64,000 bases of DNA. Source: Mobula hypostoma. Its lineage: Eukaryota. Location: NCBI RefSeq assembly GCF_963921235.1, contig NC_086097.1, positions 184,204,001-184,268,000 on the forward strand, in the 5' to 3' direction. Below are positions 13,022-26,513 of this stretch, in pieces. The position numbers were made by a program, and so were the translations under genes. A model generated the notes under the pieces. That model had not been told where the DNA came from. It searched no databases and saw only the letters and a program-made list of their open reading frames with translations. Every line of letters begins with the position of its first letter. Within the stretch, counting starts at the first letter, position 1.

Positions 13022-14745
13022 TTAAATATTTGTTTCCCTTCCTATTTGAATTAGGAGATTCATATAACTAGCTATTGAAACCAGTAACAAAGACATGACA
13101 TTTTACCATCAGAATATATTCATGGTTATCACTGAGTTCAACAGAATGCTGTTTTTCTTGGAATCCGCTACTTTCTCAATACATCTTGACTAAGGAACTC
13201 CTATTGATCAGTGGCAAATCAATTGATATTATAATCTATTTATTTATACAGGTTACATTCCAAGAAGTGTTGGATGTATGTATACATACACACAGGTACA
13301 GATATCTACTTAGATATCTTAAATACTTTACAAACACAAGGACATCTGAATCATAGTTACTTTTGTATTATAACTGAATTAAACATATTACTAAATTTCT
13401 GAGGCATTATTGCACCTGTCAAGAGCCGGCAGCCATTACTACCATCAAATGCTTCTTGAAGCAAATCAACCCCTTATACAATGTTCAGGCTCCTTCAGTT
13501 TTGCCTTGAAGAACAGAAGTGCATTTCTTATTGTTGATAAATTCAACAGCAAAAAATAGTTTGAGCACAGAACAATAAATTCATTCGATATAATGGTTAT
13601 TAATCAGTATAAATACTGAAAGGGAAAATAATAGTTTAAAGTATTTCGATCCCAGTTTTAATTTCAGACCAAAGGCTCAATTGGGATAGCTATTGTTGAA
13701 TTACATTCATTCCCATTTTAAAGTTACCCTAGAAGCTGGCAGAGATGGGAGACTTTTACCCAATTGGAAGTATAGTTTCTAGTCCAGTTGTTGGTAGAAC
13801 ATGAAAGGCTAGCTCCAATTCTCTAAACAGTAGACTCTGCTGTAACATCATTATAATAATGATTATGTTATCCTTGCATGATTTAGGTGCAATGTAAAAT
13901 ATGTACTTGCTGCGGGCTAGGTATCCAGTGCAGCAGTATTGTGACCCTTTCTGAAAAGGAGTTTCACTTTTTAACTGATTGGAAATCTCAGTACCAAACA
14001 CACCATAAAGTTAAAGAGCACTGAAAGGAATGGTATTGGCCATTACCATTCTTTAGGCCCTCTTTACGTTCTCACCTTTTTGGTAATAGTGATCTGTAGA
14101 TGAAGCAAAGAAGACAAATCAGGATTTCATATGGCAACCCAAACTCAAACCAGAGAGGGTTTGATTACAGTTACCTTTCAAAGAGGATTTCCACACACAT
14201 TTTAGAGGCATAGTTTCTTTAGCTGTCAATGTAATGGTATAACATGCCTGCAAGTATCAAGCTGAATTTTACAGATGTTGACAGTATAGTGGACCCTATC
14301 TCAAATAACAATAACTCAAGAGTAATTTTGCCAACTTAAGAGCAAGAGGACAATTCTGATTGACGTTAGAGGTGGAATCGGATGCACGTCAGCTCTGGCA
14401 GGGTTTGCAGGCCATTACTTCCTACAAAGTGAAACCAGAGGTACAAGGCTCAGGCTGAAAACAAATGTCAATGCCTATTTATTTTGTCTTCCAGCAACCT
14501 GGCAGTGTGGTAACCATGCTGATACTTAATCACTTTGTAAGTTGTGTAAGAATATGGCTTTAACTGATCCTTCCTCACCTTTGCACTATCCATTGTCATC
14601 AGATTTCTTCTTTTTTTTGTACTACTTATTTAATGTATTTTTACAATATATTTCTTATTGTAATTTACAGTTATTATGTATTACAATGTACTGCTGCTGA
14701 AAAATAATAAATTTCATGACATGCTGTATGCCAGTGACATTAAAC

Positions 14746-14961
14746 ACAAAATATTCTGCAGATGCTGGGGTTAAAGCAACGCTCAGAACACACTGAAGGA
14801 ACTCAGCAGGTTGGGCAGCATCCGTGGAAACAATCAGTCAACGTTTTGGGCCGCAACCCTTCGTCAGGACTGTAGAGGGAAGAGGCAGAGGCCCTGACTG
14901 ATCGTTTCCACGGATGCTGCCCAACCTGCTGAGTTCCTCCAGTGTGTTATGAGTGTTGCTG
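14746..14961. mobile_element. Short inverted PLE insert in a Rex1-like LINE tail
   Basis: TSD gtgacattaaac / gtgatattaaac (14734-14745, 14962-14973); left arm minus, right arm plus. Confidence 0.85.
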
Positions 14962-15032
14962 GTGATATTAAACCTGATTCTGCCTCGAAATACAGTAAGG
15001 TGATAGAGAGCTTAGTAACATGGTGTCATGTC

Positions 15033-15325
15033 AGGCGCCATGGCAGTGCAGCAATTAGCAGTACGTTGTTATAGGGCAGAGCATCCTGGAGTTCAGAGTT
15101 CAGTTCTGGTGCGTTCTGTAAGAAGTCTCTGTACGTCCTCCCCATGGAATGAGTAGGTTTTCTCAGGTCCTTCAGTTTCCTCCCACAGTCCAAAGATTAA
15201 CTGGTCATTGTAAACTGTCCCGTGATTAGGCTAGAGTTGATCAGGATTGTCGTGAGTTGCTGGGGCGACGTAGCTCGAAGGGCTAGAAGGACCTACTCCG
15301 CACTGTGTCTCTAAATAAATAAATA
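15033..15325 (+). mobile_element. tRNA-derived SINE
   Basis: A/B-box-like head, tgtacgtcctccccatg..tcccacagtccaaaga core shared with other copies, (taaa)n tail. Confidence 0.75.
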
Positions 15326-15339
15326 GATAGATAAATCAA

Positions 15340-16095
15340 TAACCTTTCCCTCAAAGTCAACAAAACAGGAGAGCTGGTCATTGACTTTAGGAAGGAGGTG
15401 AGCCATGTGTTTCTGTCAACGTCAAAATGTTCAATTTGAGAGCAATGGAAGCTTCAAGTGAACATCACCAGTAGCCTGTCCTTTTCCAACTACATACACA
15501 TCATGGCAAAGAAAGCTTAACAATGCCTCTAATTCCTCAGGAGGCAAAAAAAAACTGTGCATGCCCCCTGCCAACCCCTACCAATCTCTATTGATACATC
15601 CTATCTGGATGGCTTGATAGGGAAACTGCTCTGCATGGGACTGCAAGGAACTGGAGAGACACAGCTCAGCACATCACGGAGACTAATCTCCCTTCCATGG
15701 ACTCTGTCAACACTTGTCACTGCCTTAGTGAAGCAGCCAACGTAATCAAAGAACCCACCCACCCTCGACATTCTCTCTTCTCCCCTCTTCCATCAGGCAG
15801 AAGATATAAAATCCTTAAAGCACATACCACCAGGCCGAAGAGTAGTTTCGACCCCATTATTATAAGACTATCAAAGGACTGGCTGGTATGTTAGATTATT
15901 GACTTGCCAATATGCTTCGTTATCATCTTGTTTATCTCCATGGCATTTTCTCTGTAGTTGAGCCACTTCATTCTGTATTGGTATTGTTTTACCTTGTTCT
16001 AGCTCAATGCACTGTGTAACTATCTGACCTATATGAACAGTATGCAGGACAGACTTTTCACGTGACAATAGTAAATTAAGTTCCATTCCAATTCT
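15340..16095 (+). mobile_element. Degenerate Rex1/Babar-like LINE 3' part
   Basis: IKEPTHPRHSLFSPLPSGRRYK motif (ORF 15697-15894). Confidence 0.75.
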
Positions 16096-16117
16096 GATCT
16101 AAAGACATTTATATCAA

Positions 16118-17065
16118 CATCAGAATCAGGTTCAATATCGTCGGCATATGTCGTGAAATCTGTTAACTTTGCAGGAGCAGTACAATGCAATACATGATAA
16201 TAGAGAGAAATAAGCTGTGAATTACAGTAAGTATATATATTAAATAGTTAAGTAAGTAGTGCAAAAAATAGGAAATAAAAAAGTAGTGAGGTAGTGAGGT
16301 TCAATGTCCATTCAGAAATCAGATGGCAGAAAGGAAAAGGCTGTTCCTGAATTGTGCATCTCTTTCCTGCATCTCCTTCCTGGTGATAACAATGAGAACT
16401 CCTAATGAAATAAAACCATTACTTTGCCTTCTTTATAGGGCATCAATGTGTTAGGTCCAGGTTAGGTCCTCAGAACAATTGAAACCCAGGAACTTGAAAT
16501 TGCTCACTCTCTCCACTTTTGATCCCTCTACAAGGACTGGTGTGTATTCCCTCGTCTTACCCTTCCTGATGTCCACAATCAATGCTTTGGTCTTACCGAT
16601 GTTGAGTGCAAGAGTATTGCTGCAACACCATGCAACTAGCTGGTATATCTCACTCCTGCATGTCCTCTTGTCACCATCAAAGATTCTGCCAGCAATGGTT
16701 GTATCATCCGCAAATTTATTGACGGAATTTAAGCTGTGCCTAGCCACACAGTCATGGGTGTAGGAAGAGTAGAGTAGTGGGCTAAACATCCCTGAGGTGT
16801 GCCAGTGTTGATTGTCAGCAAGGTGGAGATGTTATTTCTGATCTGCACAGACTGTGGTCTTCCGGTTCAGAAGTGAAGGATCTAGTTACAGGTGTGGTAC
16901 AGAGGCCCAGGTGCTGGAGCTTTTTGATCAGAACTGTGAGAATAATGGTGTTAAACACTGAGTAAATAAACAGCACCTGGTATTTGTATTGCCTAGTTGA
17001 TCCAAGACTGTGTGGAGAGCCATGGACCTATAGTGATGATAGGCAAACTGCAGAAGGTCCAGATC
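16118..17065 (-). mobile_element. Rex1/Babar-like LINE fragment
   Basis: ORF 16451-16789: SPLLYSSYTHDCVARH..KFADDTTIAG..LNIGKTK. Confidence 0.9.
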
Positions 17066-18284
17066 CTATTAATGCATTTCCCATCTGAGAACATTTTAAC
17101 CTTTTCTAAATGATCTTAAATTAAAGATGATTAATTCATATCAAAACTTCCAGCTACAAAGCAAATCTTTTCATTTATGATACATTTGCCAGAAAATGTA
17201 AGATTTTGCAATTGTGAAAAAAAATCAACCTATGGTCTTCATGCTCATTGATGGACAGTCATACTGTGTCTGAAGTTTGCCACCTTGTTTGCAAATTAAA
17301 AACATACAAAATAGGAAAGAATTAAAACGTGTGTTCCACCCAAAATTCTGAATAAGACTAGAAAAAAATTGTTCCTGAAAAATAATTTTAGCAATTCGTA
17401 CAGAATCAGGAAAGATAGTGTTCTTAAGTGGTATTTACACAACGTTTTCCTAACCTTTCATGCACTTTGATTCTCTCACTTCCAAATTTAGCACAAATTA
17501 ATAATTAGATTGTTGAAGATTTTATTTTTATACTTAATAATTGATTAAGGGGATACGGGGAGGAAAGGGATGTGAGAAAATGTGTCTCATCATGCATAAA
17601 CAGTACCAGAATACCCTCAAATATTTCTATGGATGATATATATTTTAACCCAATCATCTAGAGACTATAGTGGTGGGGCATCTTATTTATTCTTCATGGG
17701 AGAATTTGAATGATAATTTCCTCCTTAGTTATTTAGGAATAGGCAAGAACAACAAACATATCAACACTTGATGCTAATATGCATGTTGGACTTATTGAAT
17801 ACAGAACAGAAAAGAAACGTACATTTTTTCCTTCTGGCACCAATAACATAATTAACTCAACCTGCTATTTTCACCTGCTACAAGTTTGCAAACATTTTGC
17901 TTTGTTAGTAAGATACTTTTGCATACATCTTTATCAAGTATAACTTACTTCTTCACTGAGTACTATATTTCCACTTCAATGAATATCCCTGACTTATCTT
18001 TAGGATCTTTTTTTTAGTGTCACACAAGTTCTTATACCTCCTGCTGTTCCTTACAATGCTAAACATTGAGCACACATTCTAGGGAACAAATTAGTTCCTG
18101 GAAAAGCATTTAAGAAACAGTATTGCAATTGTACCAATTGTTTGTTTTAGTTTTACTCTTCCTAATGATCTTAAACTGAGTAAAATTCCATTTAACTTCC
18201 TGACTATGAAGAAAGGGAACCTAGGTTCCTCATCAGATTTGCTTGCTTCCTTAGGTTTCTGTGTTTCCATGTATTGCATTGTTT

Positions 18285-19280
18285 GAAATCTGGGCCTCTG
18301 TACCTCCCTCTGTAACTGGATGCTCGACTCCCTAAGCAGAGCACCACAATCTGTGTGGATCAGAAATAACATTTCCACCTTGCTGACAATCAACACTGGT
18401 GCACCTCCAGGATGTGTGATTAACCCACTGCTCTACTCTCTCTAAACCCATGACTGTGTGGCTAGGCACAGCTCAAATTTCATCTATAAATTTGCTGATA
18501 ACACAACTAGTGTTAGTAAAATTTTAAATGGTGATGAGAGGGCATACCGGAGGAGATAGATCAGCTGGTTGAGTGGTGTTGCAGCAACAATCTTGCACTC
18601 AAAGTCAGTAAGACTAAAGAATTTATTGTGGACTTCAGAAAGAGTAGGATGAGGAAACACACACCAACCCTTATAGAGGGAACAGAAGTGGAAAGAGTGA
18701 GGAATTTCAAGTTCTCTGAGGATCTATCCTGGGCCCAACATGTCGATGCAACTACAAAGAGGGCACAGCAGTTGCTATATTTCATTAGGAGTCTGAGGTG
18801 ATTTGTTATGCCACTAAAGATACTCATAAATTTCTACAGATGTACCATGGAGAGCCTTCTAGCTGGCTGCATCACCATCTGGTATGGCCGGTGGGGGATG
18901 AGAGGCTACTGCATAGGATTGAAACCAGCTGCAGAGAGTGGCTAACTCAGTCAGCTCCATCATGGGCACTGTCTTCTGTAGAATCCAGAACATCTTCAGG
19001 GAGTGACGCCTCAAAAAGACGGCATCCATCATGAAGGACCCCCATCACCCAGCCCAGGACATACCTTGTTCTCATTGATACCATCAGGACGGAAGCACAG
19101 GATCCTGAAAGCACACATTCAATGACTCAGGAACAGCTTCTTCCCCTCTGCCATCTGATTTCTGAATGGACATTGAACCCATGAACACTACATCATTACT
19201 TCTTTATTTTTATTTTTGCACTACGTTTTTAATTTAACTGTTTTATTTACCGTAATTCATGTTTTTTATCATTATGTATT
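18285..19280 (+). mobile_element. Rex1/Babar-like LINE fragment
   Basis: ccaggatgtgtgattaacccactgctctac and aaatttgctgata RT motifs; same family as 16118-17065. Confidence 0.88.
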
Positions 19281-20539
19281 GAAGCATTTATAGTATTTTT
19301 CTTTGGAAATACACTCACAGGTAAATGGATTTTTTGTTTGCAGTGTTGCATTCAGTATCCACATACAGTATGTATTCTGCCAATGAGGACTGGAGGCTAT
19401 TCAATCACATTGTTCCACCCAGCCAATCCATAATCTGTCACCATATAATACTCACACATATATTTTCAGCAAGGGTGTGTTATAGTGAGTAGAAGCAGCA
19501 ACTTTCCCTGATTACCTTCCCTCTCACCTGCAGTGCAAAGGGCAATTACATTCCTCTTATTTCCATTGAGGCTGGTACTAACCAGCACAACAGAGGTTGG
19601 CAATCAGCCCGAGACATTCTTGGACTCTACACGGCTTTGTTATTGTGTGAAGTCTCTGATCTGCAAGAGGAACTAGCTACATATTTTTAGTAAACTGTAT
19701 AAGTAAATCTATTTATACATTTTGCTGAGTTTCTTTATTGAAGATATAGGAGAAGAAGGTAAATACAATGAAAGTCCTTTATCACCATTTGCACCGAAAT
19801 GAAGTGTAATTGCTGGCTTATTCAAAGGAAAGGATATAATTGTTTAATGGATCTGTATATACCTGGGGCAGCTCAATTAAGCACAGTTCACCATTAGTGA
19901 TCTGAAATGGAACAATAAATTTTGTACAGTATGTCTGAAATGTTTCAGTGTAACATAGTGCAAGAAATACTGGAATGTTACTCATTACAAATCACCTGGT
20001 CAGATGCTGTTCCTAGCTAATAAAAAGCAGAAACATTATTTTCTCAAGGAGTAGATTTGGTTGCGGTTTTAATCCAGTTTATTGTTCTTTATAATTTCTT
20101 ATTTGAAAGAAAGCCAATTAAGAAGATCCTTTTAACATATATTTTCCAAAGGAAATCCATATCACTTGTCTTAGAAATGTTTCAAAGTGCTTCCTAATGA
20201 GTTTCGTAAACATGTAATTGCTGTCTCGATATAGGTAAATTGGTAGATACACTAAAGAACTGGTACTAAAAGGGATAGCAAACTGGGAACAGAACAGATT
20301 GCAGCATTAGTTAGCAACTGAAATAATGTCCTGCATTTCCCCTACTAACTTTTCTGACATTTTTTCGACACTTGCTGCTTCATAATATACAGTAAAGAGT
20401 TATTGTTGGCAGTCAATACTAACAGGGGTCATATTCTACTGAGTACAGTATAATTTCTGATGGGACCTGGTCTTCCCAAATGGGATTGCAATTCTTGTAC
20501 TTCTGAGGTACACTATTATATTACAACAGCAGCTGTCCC

Positions 20540-21095
20540 ATGTCATTGGGTAAGAATAAATGGGGAGAAAAATTCAAAATCAGGGGTGCAAAGGGACTTG
20601 GAATTCCCTAACGGTTATCTTGCAGGTCGAGTCGATGGTAAGGAAGGCAAATGCAACATTATCATTCATTTTGAGAGGACTGGATTATAAAAGCAAGTTT
20701 GTAATGCTGAGGTTCTATAAGGCATTGGTCAAATCACGCTCGGAATATTACGTGCAATTTTGACCCCTTATCTGAGATAGGATGTGCTAGCATTGGAGAA
20801 GATCTAGAGGAGGTTCACAAAAAGGATCCCAGGAATAAAAGGGTTAATGTATGAGCAGCGTTTGATGGCTTTGCGCCTGTATTTTCTGGAGTTTAAAAAG
20901 GATGTGTGGTGGTGGGGGGATCTCATTGAAAGAGGTAGAGGTGGAGAGGATGTTTCCTTCGGTGGGGGAGTGCAGGACCAGACAGCACAGCCTCAGAATA
21001 GGAGGACATCTCTTCAGAACAGAGATAGGAGGAATTTCTTCAACCAGAAAGTGGTGAATCTATGGAATTTATTGCCACGAACAGCTGTGGAGGGA
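20540..21095 (+). mobile_element. Degenerate CR1 LINE fragment
   Basis: RKANATLSFILRGLDYKSK..ALVKSRSEYYVQF; RRNFFNQKVVNLWNLLP. Confidence 0.85.
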
Positions 21096-21989
21096 ATTAA
21101 TTGCTCTGAACTTTTCATTCAGACCGTGAAGAAAGCAGCATCCACTGAAAGAGAGGAACTTCACTGCTAGACCAGTATTTCACATGATAGGAAGGAAGAA
21201 AACTATTGGGAATTCTCAGTCAGTTCAGGGAGAAAGAGAAAATCAAAAAGGTCTTTGACATGAATTATTAATTCTGTCTCTCTCCAAGATGCTGCCTCAC
21301 TTGTTGAGTGTTTTGTGTATTTTTTGTTTCTATTTCAGATTTGTGGCTGCAGTTTTGTGACTTCCATTCTAATTACCCTATTACTGTTCTGCACAGTGCA
21401 TTTCCGGGACAGTACTCATCTGTTATGTTTCCCCTGAGACTATTATTTTTAATATATTAATGGCAGATCTTAAGTCACAAATATTGTGATGGACATTTAT
21501 TCTCTAGGGCTAAAGGGGCCTTTGTTTTTTTGCCAAGCTCAGCTTTCTAAACATAGCAACTGACATAGCTGTTGTTTTTGAATAAATTAAGCTTCCAATC
21601 AGTATTCTTTGTTTAGCTTCTGGTCATAAATGGGAGCTAGTTCTGTTCTAAATGTAAACTGCAAGCAGTAATCAGTTTAAAGTTAAAAAGACAGATTTGC
21701 AAGTAAACACGTGGTTTATAGGGCCAAAGGATGCTTGCCCATAGCACCTGCTCAAGAGGTGCAGTATAAGACAATGGGTTATTTACATTGGCTAGTTTCA
21801 TAATAAAAAATGCTGGCTAAGTTGTTTCATTCAAGAAATTTTTCAGACTAGATTGATATTATCAATTAACATATCAATAGCTGACGTATTAATAAGTTGG
21901 AAGGTTTGTATACTCAGGAAGTCAGCTTCATAGCGTTAATTGTAGGTACCTGGGAACTCTGTCCCTAAAAGCTTTTAAACCATTTCTGT

Positions 21990-22330
21990 TAGTCATAGTC
22001 ATACTTTATTGATCCCGGGGGAAATTGGTTTTTGTTACAGTTGCACCATAAATAATTAAATAGCAATAAAACCATAAATAATTAAATAGTAATGTATAAA
22101 TTATGCCAGGAAATAAGTCCAGGACCAGCCTATTGGCTCAGGGTGTCTGACCCTCCAAGGGAGGAGTTGTAAAGTTTGATGACCACAGGCAGGAATGACT
22201 TCCTATGACGCTCTGTGTTGCATCTCGGTGGAATGATTCTCTAGCTGAATGTACTCCTGTGCCCAACCAATGCATTATGTAGTGGATGGGAGACATTGTC
22301 CAAGATGGCATGCAACTTGCATAGCATCTT
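21990..22330 (-). mobile_element. Rex1-type LINE 3' end, (tatgac)n-tail family
   Basis: Near-identical to 37598-37943. Confidence 0.85.
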
Positions 22331-24437
22331 GGACAGCAGTTATCTGTAAGAATATCATATGTGTGTGAAGTCATTCAAGTGGCAAAAGGAAATAGCATAA
22401 ATTAAGAGAAAAGTTCAGGTTTTTTAGGAATGGCCCAGGAACATGAAGAAGCACAACAGAAACATGGGGTGAACTAAAATCCATTCCTCTGCCTTCGATT
22501 TCTGCGACTGGTTCATCTGCAGCTCATGGGTATATCTTTTTAGCTTATAGAAATCATATCCATGATTGGAAATCCTTTGTATTTAAAAAAAAGCATGTAA
22601 TTTGGAAATCTTTTATAAGATAGAAATCCTCTGTGAGTTTTAAAAGTATTTCAAGAATGTTGTTTGAATTTAAACGTGTATCACTGAAAATAAGTGAACT
22701 GTGTTTACACTACTTTGTTAGTTGGAAATATCTTCCAGCTGGGAGAGGGGACCCAAAGCTCATATAGTGGGTATTGATAGCTAAACTCACTGTGGAGGAT
22801 AAACAGGGAAGTAAACTAGTCTTTGACGATCGGGAGTTACAGTATAACCACTCTTCAGTGAGGATACTTATGGCTATTTATATTGGATAGGGCTTACGAT
22901 TTTCACTTGAGTTTAAAACTTCATGGTCAACAAACACAGTACCATCACAATGATGATGGACTCATCATTGAGCCCAGTGATGATGGGCTTTTTGGTAGTC
23001 AAAACTGCACAACAAATAGTTGAAAAATCAACACACTGCAATTGCCGAAAGTCTGAACCAAAACAAAGAAATACTCGATAGGTCAGACAGCACCTGAGAA
23101 ACAGAGCTAACATCTCCATTTCATCAGAATAAGTGTTTTGATTGCTCTCAAAGTAAATTTATTTAAGAGCCATACCTACATTCCCAAGGATATCTTTTAA
23201 ATTCCAAAGGCTCCAAAAGGTAATTAGAACCAATTGCTATTCTGTAATTCAATGAAGTAAAAGGATGTGAAGTTGTTTCATTTCTATTGACATAAATGCA
23301 TCAGGCCTGCTATTAATTTAGTGGGAAGAATGAGATGAAGCAATATAATTTTTTTTTACAAATTCATCTCTATCAGGAAACAAAATTTCATTTTATTTTA
23401 CTAAGTAACCTAGTATTATTTTCATTAGACTTCATTATTCCTTTTGCTTTACTTTCTGATTTTTGTTCCCTTCTGGAATTTTCTGATACAAAATAATGGA
23501 TGTTCGTCCTTGATTTGATTTTATTACTTAACTGAACAGTATTTTGGACAGCCCATATTTATTTTCACCATGGCTCATTAGCAAAAGCTACATTTAAATG
23601 ATGATTTGCTTCAGAATCAAACAATGCAAAGTTCTCCAATTTAAAGATTCTACTTTATGTGGTGACACTAGCTTGCATAGATTAATTAATAAGTTCAAGT
23701 TTATTTCCTGCTAATTATTTGTGTCCTGAAAAGTCAACTATGCTTATTTCGATAGAAGCTGCCTGGCCTGCTGAGTTCCCCCAGCATTTTGTACGTGTTG
23801 CTTGGACTTCCAGCATCTGCAGATTTTCTCTTGTTCAAGTTTATCTCCATTTTGTTTCTTGCTTTGTGCACTTCGTAGTGCTTTTGTATTTAATTAAAAT
23901 AAAATGTTTAAATTACTTGAGAAATCATTTAATCTTTTCAAAATTCATGTTTTTAGTGGTATTTTACAACTTTGGGAGAACAAAAGGTTCTTCTAACATA
24001 AATTTCTACGGTAGTTCATAGCATATTAAAGTGAGTATTTGAGCATGATGCTTCATTGTAATATAATGATTTTAGTCTTTTTTTTTATTGGTAGAAATAT
24101 TTCTACATTCCCCTACAAACCATGAAAGCACTGAGCAGCATCTGTGGGTGTGGTGGTGGTGGGGTTGATGGTAGTTATTGACATGTTGAGGCAAAACCCC
24201 ACCTTTCGCTCCATGGATGCTCTTCAGCTTTTTGAGTTCTTCCAGCAGATTGTTCATTTGTGGCTCCATATTTCAGCATCTGCAGTCTCTTCTGTCTAGA
24301 AATAAAACCTGGCTGCACTGAGAGTGCACAACAGCTAAAGCACTGGATTAATTTCTCCCAGCAACACTTTAAGCCTGCATTGCATGAAGGATGTTTTCAC
24401 TAACTCAAAGCACCATCCACATAACTGTGATTAGTGA

Positions 24438-25800
24438 CACTGACTGTCCAGGGAGACCCATTGTCTCTGCTTGTTCCTGCCCCACTGAACTCGTGTCTGC
24501 ATACCTCACCTCCATTCTATCCCCCGTGGTTTATTCCCTTTCCACCTACATCCACGGCACTTCACATGCTCTCGATCTCCTCAACAACTTTTAATTCCCT
24601 GGTTCATGCAGTCACGTTTTCTCCCTGGATGACCAGACCCTATACACTTCTATCTCCCATCAATAAGGCCTTAAAGCTCTCCACTTCTTTCTCAACAAAA
24701 GACCCAACCAGTTCCCCTCCCTCATCAACATCCTCAGTCTGGCGGAATTGGTCCTCACCCTCAACAATTTCTCATTTGGCTTCTCCCACTTTCTCCAAAC
24801 TCAAGGGGAAACCATGGGCACCTGTATGGGCCCCAGCGACACTTGCCTTTTTGTTTGCTACATAGAACAGTCCATGTTCCAAGCCTTCCCTGGTAATGCA
24901 CTCCTACTCTTCCTGTGCTACTTTGACGATTGTATTACTGCATCCATGCTGAGCTTGTCAATTTCTTCAACTTTACCTCCAAATTCCATCCTACCCTTAA
25001 ATTCACTTGAACAATTTCTGATACCTCTCTTCCCTTTCTAGATCTTTTCTTCTCCATCTCTGGAGGTCAACTGTCTACCAATATCTTAATAATCTACTGA
25101 TTCTGATGGCTATCTTACTATACCTCTTCCTGTCTGTCTCCTGTAAAAAATGCTATTCCCTTTTCTCAGTTCCTTCATCTTGCTGTATCTATTCCCAGGT
25201 TGAGATTTTCCTTTCTAGGATATCAGAGTTGTCCTCCTTCTTCAAAGAATGGAGTTTTCCTTCCTCCACCATTGATGCTGCCCTCACCCACATCTCCTCC
25301 ATTTCACAGACATCTGCACTCACCCCATCTTCCGCTGCCTTAACAGAGATAGGGTTCATCTTGTTCTCACCCACCACCTCTTAAACCTCCACATACATCA
25401 TTTTCTGCAACTTCTAGCATCTCCAATGGGATCCTACCACCAAACATATCTTTATCTCCTCCTCCCCCACCCCCCCACCAGCTCTCTGCTTTTCACAGGG
25501 ATTGCTCCCTTTATGGTTCCCTTCTCCATTCGCCTCCCCCCCCAATGATTTCCCATCTGGTATTTATCCCCGCAAGCAGCCAAAGTCAGGGGCTCCCAAT
25601 GTAGCCTCTTCTACATCTGCCAAAAGTGAAATGTCCCGGTGGCCAGCCATGTTAATTCCTATCCCAGTTTCTGTTCCAACATATTCATCCATAGCCTCCT
25701 CTGTTGCCATGATAAAGCCACTCTCAGGGTGGGGGAGCAACATTTCATATTCCGTCTAGGTTGCCTCCAACCTGATGGCATGATCATCAAATTCTTCTTC
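24438..25800 (+). mobile_element. Degenerate PLE (RT and GIY-YIG region)
   Basis: DCPGRPIVSACSCPTELVSAYL, LTLNNFSFG..FLQTQG..MGTCMGPS and YFDD remnants. Confidence 0.88.
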
Positions 25801-26513
25801 TCGTAATTTTTTCCATACCACCCACCCCCCTCTTCTTTCATTCTTACATATTCATAGATCCATGAATATATATGAAATGGAGGGATGTGGATCATGTTCA
25901 GGCAAAAGAAATAGAGTTTGGGTATGGACATGGTAGACTGAAAGACGTGTTGCTGTGCTGTCGTATTCTGTTTTCTGTCTGTATCTCAGTCTCAGCTGTA
26001 TGTATCTGATCGATCCCTAATAGAACACTGGAATAGTAAAACATCCTAAGATGCTTCAAAAAATTTGCCTACTTACACATAAAAAGATACAAGGCAGATA
26101 AGTGAAAGAAAAATATTTTAATTTGATTTTTGGAGGAGCGATTAGAATTTTGGGATGAAATTCCAGAGCACAGAAGTTGACACATGAAGGTGTATTTTCA
26201 ATTAAATTTGGAATTGAGCAAGTGGCCAGAATTGGAGGAACCTAGATACTTTGAGTTGTAATGCTGAGGTAGATTGCAGAGATGGGGAGGAATGGAGCCG
26301 AGAAGCAGAATGAAAATAAGGATGAGAATTCTAAAATTGTATTGTTTCATAATTAGCTACTGTAGTTCAGCAAGACTTAAATGACAAGTTTGGGGAGAAG
26401 GAGGGATCAGGACTTTATTACTTACTTCAGTGATGAATGATAGGCCAAGCTGGTACTGATGTGCAAATTGAGGTATGGGAGAGAGATTGCAAACCGGCAT
26501 ATTGTCAGGTGAG

